A stretch of 64,000 nt of DNA from the NCBI RefSeq assembly GCF_009914755.1, contig NC_060932.1, one strand, 5' to 3'. The notes under the pieces are model-generated. The model did not search any database. It saw only the letters and a program-made list of their open reading frames with translations, and had not been told where the DNA came from. The position numbers and the translations under genes are program-made. The stretch comes from the human T2T-CHM13v2.0 reference genome, Homo sapiens. Positions 24,020 through 35,062 of the stretch are shown piece by piece; position 1 is the stretch's first letter, and each line of letters opens with the position of its first letter.

Positions 24020-24921
24020 CCAAAACACTACATGAAAATGTTTAATTCCCTTTTGAATGTGTGTTGAATTTAATACAAATCAATGAGGCATTTTTCTAGG
24101 CCAAAAGAAACCAACGTTACATTTAGAAGGCAATTGACTGCATAAAAAATATAATCTATACTATATTTTAAAAAGAAATTCAAAATCTGATTCTATGGTT
24201 AAGGTGGTATAATAATGTCCTCTTTACAGAGCAAGACACCACAATAAAGTAATGGCACAATAACGGAAGTTTTGTTGTTTTTTACTCTTTGTATTATCTT
24301 CATATCCCAGTAAAAAATAAACTCTTTAATAAATAAATATATATAATAAATATTTTCAAATTGAAAGTGTATAAATAGGTCCATTCTTTTAAAAAGTGTT
24401 CTGTCTTGGTGTGGCATGTTTCATAGTTCATGTTTCACCCAGGTGTTGTTTAGTTTTTTTTTTTCTTAAAACTTATAATGCCATAACCTGTGAATTCTAC
24501 AAGGTCCTCAGAATTTATGTAGCAATGCTCTTGGCTAAGTCAATCCATTTCTTCAACATGAAGTCTCTATTTTTAACATAAATTTTAAAGTAAACATAAT
24601 CCAGAGAGGTGAGGCACCAGCAGCAACCATGTGAGGGTTCCCATTATCCACAGTTTAACAGATTTTTGGCTTCAGTCTACTGGTAAGGACTAATCCAATG
24701 TATCTAAGGGAACTTAATCCACATATAAAGAGTGATCATGATCTATTTCTAGTCAAGATTTTTTTTGGTTTTTTTTCTCAATATTCTTTCCAAATCCAGT
24801 CTCTCAGTAGAAAATAGACTTTAATATTTTGAACGTCTCCTTGGGTCATTATTTTATGATGGGAACTATGACAAGAAAGAATGGTTGTGGTTTGACTCTT
24901 CCATAATGTCACTATCGCACT
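24020..24921 (-). other. FGF20: FGF20 3' UTR (distal end inferred)
   Basis: AT-rich, repeat-free sequence after the stop; ATTAAA hexamers (minus) at 24820-24825, 24325-24330, 24069-24074, 24041-24046; several ATTTA pentamers around 24330-24376. Confidence 0.6.
24735..24742 (-). promoter_or_regulatory. miR-433-3p seed-match site in FGF20 3' UTR
   Basis: ATCATGAT inside palindrome GATCATGATC (24734-24743), complementary to the miR-433-3p 5' end AUCAUGAU; position 24740 is c.*182 and reads C on the mRNA strand. Confidence 0.8.
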
Positions 24922-25167
24922 TCAAGTGTACATCAGTAGGTCCTTGTACAATTCTGGAACTCTTTCTGGATCCACTGGTCTAGGTAAGAAATGTGTAAAT
25001 TTCTGATGCCTCTTGGACCTGGCGCCATCTCTTGGAGTTCCGTCTTTGTTAAGTGCCACAAAATACCTGCGGCCAGTGTCTCCATGTTTATATATGTTAG
25101 ATGAATAGGTGTTATACCAGTTCTCTTCAAACTGCTCCCTAAAGATGCATTCGGAAGTAAGTTTCTC
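24922..25167 (-). CDS. FGF20: FGF20 coding exon 3 (246 nt including TGA)
   Basis: Acceptor TTCTCTCTTTCAG| at 25168; [84 protein letters not shown]; total CDS 636 nt = 211 aa. Confidence 0.98.
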
Positions 25168-25368
25168 CTGAAAGAGAGAAGATAACTATTATTTTTTAAA
25201 AAAATACCTTTGAGATAATTTCCTTACAAGTTTCAACTCTATATTTTCATTTCTTTGCCTTGTCAAAGAAAGAAAAATGTTAAATTGGTTTTGCTTTATT
25301 TTGTTTTAGTTCATATGTCATCTCTGATTCTTAGTGCAGGTGACTTCATCTGGCAGTGTACTTTAAAG

Positions 25369-25899
25369 TTGCAGTCCCCACTTCTTTGGCACCAGTGACC
25401 AGTTTCATGGAAGACAATTTTCCACGGACCAGGATGGGGAGACGGGATGGTTTCAGGGTGATTCAAGTGCATTACATTTATTGTGTACTTCATTCCCATT
25501 ATTATTACATTGTAATATATAATGAAATAATTATACAACTCATCATAATATAGAATCAGTGGGAGCCCTGAGCTTGTTTTCTTGCAACTAGACTGTCCCA
25601 TCTGGGGGTGAACGGATGCAGTGACACATCATCAGGCATTAGATTCTCATAAGAAGCATGCAACCCAGATCCCTCGCATGCACAGTTCACAATAGGGTTC
25701 ATGCTCCTATGAGAATTTAATGCTGCCGCTGATCTGACAGGAGGCGGAGCTTAGGTGGGAATGTGAGCAATGGAGAGCAGCATGTAAATTCAGATGAAGT
25801 TTCGCTCACTTGCCTGCTGCTCACCTCCTGCTGTGCAGCCCAGTTTTTAACGGGCCACAGACCAATACCAGCCCATGGCCCAGGGGTTGGGGACCCCTG
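25369..25899. mobile_element. MER1A hAT-Charlie DNA transposon in FGF20 intron 2
   Basis: ~530 bp; terminal GGGGTTGGGGACCCCTG; 8-bp TSD CTTTAAAG 25361-25368 / 25900-25907. Confidence 0.9.
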
Positions 25900-27504
25900 C
25901 TTTAAAGAACTTTCAGTCAAATGTCAGTTCCCAATTTTATTTTCAAATACCTAAAAAATATCCTGAATTTTCTCATGTCCCATATCATCACCCTACTCCC
26001 GCCATCACTACCAAGCAGACCTGTAGTTTATCTTTTTCCATCATTAGATGCCAGAGTTCTACCTATCAAGTCTCTACTCTCACCTTGGAGCATTTCAAGA
26101 TCTTGCTAAGAACCAAATTCCAAATTCATGATCATCACTCCAAATCATATATCTTCTCTTTATGAATTTACTAATTGTTTGATGATACATTCTTCACGAT
26201 TTTTTATCTGGATCTTTTACGATTAAGATTTATTGTCTTTTCAAAATGGACTGTATATTGTCCTAAGTGATAAACCACAGTTGCTTTTTTTAAATCCAAA
26301 ATACACATGAAGATTGTGTGCATGTTTTTTTCTATTGTAATTCTATTAATTTTATTGTAATTCCATACTTATGATTATTATACATTGCATTGTCTTTCTT
26401 TGTTCTGAGCTGACACGAAGCCTAGAAATAACAAGTTTTACCCTTACAAAGGACAAATATTCATCTACTTCAATATCATCACCAATTCTTCTCAGTGTAT
26501 ATTAAGACTCTAGCTGAATATTGTGGTTCCAGTTGAGAGTTTAAGAAAAAAAAGTTACCAGAGAGTGCCATCTGCTTAATCATACAAAGTCAATTCTTGA
26601 TGGAAATAATTACAGAGACTTCAACCTCAAGAAAAGAGTTCACATAAGAAGAGGAGTGGGATACTGGCACACATTTTTATCTTACCAATTCTTATAAAAG
26701 CATTTAAGCAACTGTGAACAAATGAAAAAATGTTAACAATGAAAGAGAAAAATCCATGTTGTGCTGTAAGGTAGAGTGTGATATTGTCCTGCTATTGTAA
26801 TTCTTGTGTTGCTATTGCAGATTTGTTCTAAAAACAAAAAAAAACTTAAACTGATGAAATATTGACCTGAAAAGTATAACTTAAGTGGCATATTTAAACA
26901 TTTATAGTAGACCCACAGACGTGCACTTATCCCCAGGAGCAACTTAAAAATTGCCCGATACAACTTTGAATGAGCCCATGGCTACTGAAATTTTCAAGAC
27001 TACAGGCATAGAAGAACAGTGTGTTTGCCATCTTCTCCTGTTACTTGCAGTATCCCACAACTTTACTCACTTATTTCTTAAATACAAAGGTCAGCAAGTA
27101 AGTGACATATATTTAGCTGTGGAAGATGATAACAGGTAGAGAAAGTTTACCTTAAATAAACATAAAGGTGAGAGAGTCTAACATGGCAAGAAAAAAATAT
27201 TCTCCCTTTTATCTCTGTCTCTGGATGGAATGATTAAAATACAGAGAAAACTAGAAAGACTCAAGGTAATGTATAGGAAGAACTAATGAGCTGAAGGTAA
27301 TAATGGTTGGGGGTTTTAAAAATATAATTGAGTTACTATACTATTGCCCAGACACATGGAAATTTAGCAGGATAGATTTCAATTTCTACGTAAGTATGTT
27401 TTATATACTTCTACCAGACATTCTTGGTAGACATTTTAATTACATAATAGATAGTCAATATTTTAAGAATTACAATAATAATAAAAAATAAAAATAATAC
27501 GTAC

Positions 27505-27608
27505 TGATCCATAGAGTTCTCCTTTGTCATTCATTCCAAGATAGAGACCACTGTCCACACCTCTAATACTGACCAGTCCCACTGCCACACTGATGAATTC
27601 CAAGATAC
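27505..27608 (-). CDS. FGF20: FGF20 coding exon 2 (104 nt)
   Basis: Acceptor ...ATATGCAG| at 27609; encodes (G)[34 protein letters not shown]; donor A|GTACGT at 27504; phase matches exon 1 (286+104=390). Confidence 0.98.
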
Positions 27609-27821
27609 CTGCATATGTAAACAATTCATAAAAACACCATGTTTTGTATTTATGCATGAGCATATGACTAACAAAAATCTTCCAAATAGTAGCGGTAGTC
27701 GGCCATTATTGCCAAATATAATGATGTACGTGTAAAAGTCCTTTGTACACTGGAAACAGCTATGCAATTGTTTTATGACAGATGAAAAAAGGACAAAAAA
27801 GGAAAAAATTGTTCACCATGG

Positions 27822-28156
27822 TGAGACAATCAAGTATAAAGGGGTTCCCAGAGAACCTCTGACCGGCCTGCGTGCTGGGACAACAGGATGGAGCCTTGGG
27901 AAGTTGACACCCTTTGCAGCGGGGAGGAGCCTGGCCTCTCCTGTAATGGGGTGGTAGCCTGGGATTCAATCTGTGAGATGGGGGCCTGTTAACAGGAACC
28001 TCGAACCTCTCTTGCTTTGCTTAGTTGTTTTTTTTTCCTTTTTGGCCAATAAATTCCATTTTTCTCACCCTTCTATGTGTCCATGAGCCTAGTCTTTCCT
28101 GGTCATGTGACAAGGACCTCTGCTTTTAACTGAACTAAGGAGAAAGTACTACGACA
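27822..28156 (+). mobile_element. ERV1 solo LTR (MER61-like) in FGF20 intron 1, antisense to the gene
   Basis: TGAGACA...GACA termini; AATAAA ~28048; 4-bp TSD ATGG 27818-27821 / 28157-28160. Confidence 0.8.
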
Positions 28157-28164
28157 ATGGTATA

Positions 28165-28740
28165 ATGTGAAGGGTGTGAAACCTTACACCAGACTGAGCT
28201 GGGTCTGAATTCCAGTTCAGGAACTTACTAACCAGGTTGAGCAGGCAAGTCATTTGTCTTCTTTGAACTTTAACCTCCTCATATGCAAAATGGATGAAAT
28301 GCCTCCCTAAAGGAGATGGGTGAGGACTAACACATTTAGGCATTCAACAAACGGAAGCTATTATTATCATAAATTAGTATATAACAGAGGTATTCTCAGT
28401 TTTCCATGATCTCATCAGTTAATTATAACCATTTTCTATTCATTGTTTTGTTTTTATCTACGATAAATCAAGTCAATCTGTTTCTAGGAGCAGCAGCATC
28501 CCTTATTGGGTATAACAGTGTTTTATAGTCAATAAAGGGCATTTGTTTGTATTTTCTTATCTGGCCCTAAAAAACAAGCCCTTAAAATAAATAGGGAAGA
28601 TATTATTATCCCCATTTTACATATAAAGAAATGGAGGCTCAGAAAGGCTTATTGACTTGCCTAAGGGACATGATATTTATAAATGGTAGAACTGACATTT
28701 AAACTTACATTCTTAGCCCTAATCCACTGTTTCTACTTCA
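28165..28740. mobile_element. Two MIR fragments in opposite orientation
   Basis: MIR core motifs ggcaagtcattt...cctcatatgcaaaatgg and attattatccccattttaca...gaggctcaga..gacttgcc. Confidence 0.7.
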
Positions 28741-31368
28741 GGACACTGTTTCTTGAGGACAATACAGTAGTTTCAAGACTTTTTGGATTATATAACATGC
28801 TATGTTTCCTGCTGTGTAATTTTTTAAATTAAATTGTATAGTTCAGAGAAGAAAAAGGACTTTATAATTCATTAAATATGATAGCCAAATATAATGAATT
28901 AGCATGCAAGTAGATTTACTATCAATAACTTTCTAGAATTATTTCCATTTATCAGTAAACTGGGATCAAAAACTCTTCCCTAAATACACTGATAAACCAC
29001 AGTTTAAAAAAGAAAAACTTAACACCTCCCTCTGGATCACCCTTTTTTTTCTGCACACACTAAACTTTGGACTAATGCCTTTGTCTCATTCTTCCCTCTT
29101 CAACTCTGCTGAAAAAGCATAGCTGTATTTTCTATGCTTGGCACTGCCTTCCTCAATAGCATTCTACCTTCACCCCTTCACCCCATCCTGAGCTCTACAA
29201 ACAGTATAAATGTGTACCATTTAGCCTGACTCTTGCTCTTAAGTCATTTCTTGATTTATTGTACAAGTTCCTGTTTGGACACGTGATACTCCCAAGGCCA
29301 AGGGAAAGTACAGAATCTGACTATTTGCTGATATGCTGGGCTCTATTCTATCCAAAGCCTAATTCACTCTTTGTCAGAAACAGAGATTCTTAGCAAGACA
29401 AATGAGCTCTTTCAAACTATTAGGAGATCATGTAGAACACTAGAGCTATCAAGGATCTTACAGCAACAATACACTGCTAAATAGTCTATAAGTGGCTTGA
29501 AAGAGCCAGGATCCCTCATTGAAAGCCTAAGGCAGAGAGAAGATAAGATACAGCAAGAAGGCTTAGGACAGCCATCATAATGACAAATACAGAGGTGGGG
29601 AGTGAAGGAAAATCAAACTCACTGCCAAGTTCATTAGCAAAAGAGTCCTGCCGGAAACAAAAACATAGGCCCAAAACATAATTGGTAGAAAATATATATA
29701 TTAATGTAACTTCATTCAGGATATAATTACAAATGTATAATTACTTTGTATTGAATGTTACATTCAAATTAAAAAGTGTTCTGTGGTTGAAATGCAACTT
29801 AATTCCCTTTAAGTATCTGATTTACATTAAGATTCTCTTGTCTTTCAAAGAACAGGAACTGATTAAGTGATTAGAATGTAGAATAGAGCAAGTTTTCAAT
29901 TACAATAAAATATGGCTTTAATGTCCATATAAGCTAATTATATAACAAATCTCATAAAGTGTTCATTTTTCTTGGAAAACTCAGAGGTAAACCACCTACA
30001 CTTTAATTCTTATCTTAATGCTGTCAGCTTGCCGAAAAAATATGTAGCTGTAGAAAGACAAAAGGTTATTTATGTTCTTAGAATAATTATATGCAATAGT
30101 TTTAACTTTAGTAAACAACACCCAAAACCTTATACATAACCAGGTATAAATAATTTTGCAATGGCTCATGGGACTGATATGTGTTTTGTGTGTGTGTTCC
30201 TCTTAAAGATTTTAGTCACACTTTTAAATTCTGATCCTTTTTCTCCTTGAGGAAATAGTATACCACGTAGTAATTTGTAATCATTTGATTCTTAAATGAG
30301 ATTTGACAAGTCTTTCTTATTTATAATATGAGGTAGCAACTAAGCTAATTCCTTTACAAAGAGTAGACATGAAAAACTTTCCTTAAGAGGTAATCACAGA
30401 TTTTAGATAGATTTTCTAATGCCCAGTGTCCCATAAAAAGACTTGGAGGTACTTTGTCTTTCTGGTATCACCTTCAAAGCCAGTCTTTTTAATAATCATA
30501 ATAAACAGGTGAGTCAACCCACAATGCAACCACATCAGACAAATCTATGGAGAATAGGGGAGAATAAAGGAAAAGCCTTTAAAGAAATATGTTTGATCTC
30601 AGGCTAAACTTTTTTTTTTTCAGAAATGATTCCATGTTTACATATTAGGTAAGCTGTTCCTGCTGTGTACTACTGTGTAGGAAAACTCCATCATAAATAC
30701 AGAGATAACTCATGGCCAAATTAGTATAAAACTGGCAAAAAAAAAAAAGTTATTTCCTTTAACATCTCAAATAGCCATCCTTAAGTTTTCAAAACTGTCA
30801 CTCTGATAGCAAAGATAGGAGTTTAAAAAACATAATAATTTAATAATTAGTAACTGAAGTACTAGCAAAAGAAGCCAAACATACAGAAGCACATAATGTT
30901 ATATAGCTTGAACATAAACTTTCTTCTTACCCGCACTCTCTTAAAGTAAGTTATGATGTCTATGATATTGAAGGCCGCTAGGATGTACTACAATACATCA
31001 CAAGGCGGCCATTCACTCCCAGACTAATCTGGGTTATCTTCCTTTTGTTTAACAGTATTTTGTTCCTATACATAGTCTCCCACCATAGAGTGACTTACAT
31101 TGGCACAAATTCAATCTGTCAATTTTTTTGCAGCTACTAAATAATTAACACAAATTTCGCAAAAACAAAATGTGCGAGCAAGATGATAATTCTGATATTC
31201 AACTTCCATTCCTAAAGAAATGCCGTTAAATGCCATTAATGAATGTTATCAAGTCTACAAATATTTACTAATCTCTCCCCATAGGGTCAGTCTTATAAAC
31301 ATACACAAAGTAAAAGAGGCCTTTTTTTTTCTGTCACTGGAGAGATTACAGTTTAATTACAAGTTTCC

Positions 31369-31690
31369 TTTTTTTTTTTTTTTTTTTTTTGAGACAGAGT
31401 CTTGGTCTGTCGCCAAGGCTGGAGTGCAGTGGTGTGATCTTGGCTCACTGCAACCTGCGCCTCCCGGGTTCAAGCAATTCTCTGCCTCAGCCTCCCAAGT
31501 AGCTGGGATTACAGGTGCCCACCAACACGCCCAGCTAATTTTTTTTTTTTTTTTTGTATTTTTTGTATTTTTAGTAGAGAGGGGTTTCACTATCTTGGCC
31601 AGGCTGGTCTTGAACTCCTGACCTCATGATCCACCCGCCTCGGCCTCCCAAAGCGCTGGGATTACAGGCGTGAGCCACTGCGCCCAGCCC
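31369..31690 (-). mobile_element. Alu (AluS-like) in FGF20 intron 1
   Basis: Full dimer; TSD CAAGTTTC. Confidence 0.93.
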
Positions 31691-31930
31691 CAAGTTTCTT
31701 AAAAGTAGAATTTCCAAGGCTACACTGTGTATGGCAGGGTGAAATTCTGACTATTACCTAAGCTTAACTTCTGCCTGCTCTCCCTATAAGTATTATCACA
31801 TTTGTGTTTATTTCTAAATCTTTCTGGTAGTTGGAATATTTTTCTGTAATGAGCGCAGTGAAGTCATCCTTAAAGGCAAGAGAACTGAGCCACCTGGTGT
31901 CAGCAAAGTTCTTCAGAATCGAAGTCTCAG

Positions 31931-32010
31931 GGCCATGCACAGTGGCTCATGCCTGTAATCCCAGTACTTTGGGAGGCCAAGGCGGAAAGATTGCCGGAGG
32001 CCAGAAGTTA
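31931..32010 (+). mobile_element. Alu 5' fragment
   Basis: ggccatgcacagtggctcatgcctgtaatcccagtactttgggaggcc. Confidence 0.75.
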
Positions 32011-33597
32011 GAAAATCTCAAGCCTCCTCAATTTAAAAACCACTTTCTAAAAGTGACCCCAGGTTGGCCACTAGGTCATGACAGTCTTGACTGATAGTCA
32101 ATGGGAATTTGGAAGAGATCAGTGGAAGCTGCAAACATGTGGGTTTTAAAAAGTTAATTTTCTAAGCCTTTAAGTGCTACCAAATGACCACCACATGCTT
32201 ATTTCTACATCTAGAGTTACAAATGCCCCCTTAAACTGAGATTTACACTTCTCCAAAGTTTTAATGAGTCCTACAAGTCAAAAAGGGAATAATTATAAGA
32301 ACAAGGGGGTAAGGACACGATAAGAGAGGGCCATTCAGAGATGGGGTGCATTCTCAAAGAACTCCGTAGCGCTACGGATTGTGGGTGACAAATTAATGGT
32401 ATCTTTTTTAAAAATAAAATGAATTTTTCCAATGATGTCAAAAGTTTGATAATCAAAATCCTTTGACATTGCTAGCAGGTTAACTAATAGAATGGAAACT
32501 TCAGCTATGGGGAAAGATCCTGGGATATTAGAACCGGAGAGCACCCCATCTTTGTACAGAAAACTAAGCCTCAGACTGATGAAGGCACTTTCTAGTTACA
32601 CAGCTAGTGAGGAAGTCATTAACAGGAGAGACCCTCCCGATCTAGTATCTTAACAGACACTGCCTTAACAATCATTCTCTTGTTTCTTTTAACCCCTTCT
32701 CTTCCCAGGCACTGCCGGAGGTATTCTGAAACACGTCCGTCTGTGTTCCCACCCATATCTTCTTTCGCTTTCCCATTTCCTCTTTCCTAAAGTCGATACC
32801 AAGATACTTGCTTTCAGGTTGCACAATTTCCAAAGAGGAGCTTGGCTGAAGAACTAGGCATGCTCAGTAGCCGGGTGGTCTTCCTCCTCCCCCACCCCTC
32901 CCCCCCTTTCCTTTTCTTTTCTCACCCACATAGAACTTAGGAGCTCAGGGAACCTCAGACAGGTGAGCCCTACAGGTAGCGAATGTGCCCACGGAAAGTT
33001 AATCTGCTACCTCTTCAGGTGAACATTTGCAGGTCTCTAGGTAGACACGTAAATGCTCGCAATCCATGCCCAGAGCAGCCCCGGGTGCATAATCAGCTGC
33101 ATAACTGTGGGGCATGTTTAAAGAAGCCCGGCGCTTCCTGTTATTAATTTTTGTAAAGTGGACGGCATGGGGGAAAATGAGAAAGGAAATCGGAGAGAAA
33201 CATACAGGGATTTTTTTTAAAACTGCCTGCGAGGTAAGCAGTGCGAGAACCGTGATGCCGAGTGCACCAGGTCTCGGTGTCCCCGGCAGTGGGAAGGGCA
33301 AGGGGAAGGCAGGAAGGAGCTTGCGAAGCGCCCACCCTTTCTCCTCCCGCCCCCAGCATCTGGAGCTGCTGCCCTGCTAGAGGCTGCGGCGACAAACCAG
33401 CAGGAAAATTTCTCCCCGCGGCTGCTCTGGCCAGCCCTTCAGCCCCAGCCTGCGTCTTGCACCGGATGGGTCCAGGGGAGCTCCGGGCTCCGCGCGGCGA
33501 TGACGCCCTTGGCAGGCAAAGAGGGAGGTGCAAGGGGAGGGAACGAGGAGCCGAGCTGGGGCGCAGATGGGGGTGGGGTCGGGATGCTAGTACGTAC

Positions 33598-33883
33598 CGA
33601 AGAGGCTGTGGTCCTGCCGGGTGCCCTGCACGCTGCCGTCGGGCAGGATCTGCAGGTGGAAGCCGGTGCGGCAATAGAGCTGCCGGCGGCGCAGGATGCC
33701 GTGCAGGTGCGCCAGCTGCGCAGCCCCCGGCCCGCCGCGGGCGCTCCGCTCCGCCGCGCTCCTGCGCTCGCCCAGCAGCGGCGGCCGCTCCCCGGCAGGA
33801 GGCAACAGGAAATGCGAACCCACCTGCTGGCCCAAGCCCTCCAGGCCGCCCAGAAAGCCCCCGACTTCGGCTAAGGGAGCCAT
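33598..33883 (-). CDS. FGF20: Fibroblast growth factor 20, coding exon 1 (286 nt)
   Basis: ATG at 33883 gives [35 protein letters not shown]...[38 protein letters not shown] (FGF9/16/20 subfamily, FGF20 N-terminus); donor G|GTACGT at 33597. Confidence 0.98.
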
Positions 33884-34217
33884 GGAGGGGGAGATCCGGA
33901 ACACAAAAGACCCCCCCAGTAAAGAGTGTTGTGGGGGTGGGATGGAGGTGGATAGAGAAAAATTATAGCAAAACGAGCGCAAAAAGTTAAGGCCCGGTTA
34001 CTCCTCTGAGGTCGCTCCGGAGGGACTTTGCACTGAAATGGCAGGGAAGCTCTCACTGTCTTGGAGCGATCTTCTCTCCTTGGGTAGGTGGGAGCCGGCT
34101 GCTGGCTCTGCAGAAATATCTATAGCTGCCGCTGCCAATACTAGGACTAGGGCTGTTGGCTGGGGCTCCAATTCCGCAAACTGATCAGATCAGAGTCCTG
34201 TGTACATACACACCGAG

Positions 34218-34224
34218 TATATAA
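34218..34224 (-). promoter_or_regulatory. TATA-like box of FGF20 (implies TSS near 34190-34195)
   Basis: TTATATA on minus strand inside GC-rich sequence ~335 bp upstream of the ATG; no ATG on minus strand between 34200 and the FGF20 start. Confidence 0.5.
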
Positions 34225-34496
34225 GCGGGTCCTCTTGACATATGCTAATCAAGTCCTTTCATGCGCGCTGGGGAGGTTCTGTTTGAAATCTTAAACCGGT
34301 CTCCTCTCAACACGTTTTTGCTCTTCGGAAGTGACCAAAAGGGGCCCTTGGCACTTCTCCATCCATGCCCTCACAAAAACCATTCCTGCACTTGGCCAAA
34401 GCCAGCCAGCAACTTCGAGGAGGTGCAGTCGAGGCCCCTCTTTGGGGTTGTCCTTGGGACAGCGGTGATGCTGTTCAGCTGCGGCCGTGTAACCGT

Positions 34497-35062
34497 CTTT
34501 GATGTGAGCTTTGCAGTGATAAATCGCCTCTAAAAGGAGCCCAACTTGGCAGGGATATAGAAGAAGAGGAAGGGAGGAGGGAGGGAAGGCGGGGAGGGAG
34601 AGAAAGAGAAGGAGGGCATTGGTAGGAGGAGGAAAGAGAAAAGGAGAATTGGACTCCTTGGGAGCCTGCAGTGGACAGGTGCAAAGAAAGGTAAGCAAGG
34701 GAGAAGGAAAAAGGGCGTTACCTGGGGCTTACAGACCTGCCCAGACACACATGAAAGAAAAATCAAAGCTTTGACAGTTTAACTCACTAATTTTAAAACA
34801 CTAATAAAATGTACAAGCATTGCTCCTTTCTTTTATCATTTAGATGGGGGATTTTCTTTACATAATCAAGGTTAGGTAAGGAACACCCTCCCTCCCCCTC
34901 TTTACAATTTCTCTTTAATGTTTACCTTTACTCAGCACATAATATAACCAAAATTGCCATATATATATATACATAATACACATATGTATTTTTAATTGTG
35001 TGCTAAGGTCATGAACTTCTAATTAGTGTAAAATAAAGCAAAATATAATCACGAATCAAAGG
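34497..35062. promoter_or_regulatory. Cluster of three consensus TCF/LEF sites upstream of FGF20
   Basis: CTTTGAT 34497-34503, ATCAAAG 34762-34768, ATCAAAGG 35055-35062; FGF20 is a known Wnt/beta-catenin target. Confidence 0.65.

Larger units (their letters stand above)
33050..34500. promoter_or_regulatory. CpG island over FGF20 promoter/exon 1/start of intron 1
   Basis: Visibly high GC and CpG density against an AT-rich background; edges approximate. Confidence 0.85.

Noticed and set aside
33144-33990. Long ORFs (242 aa +, 176 aa -, 124 aa +) overlapping FGF20 exon 1
   Set aside because: Low-complexity Ala/Arg/Gly/Pro frames expected from stop-codon depletion in a CpG island; no recognisable protein.
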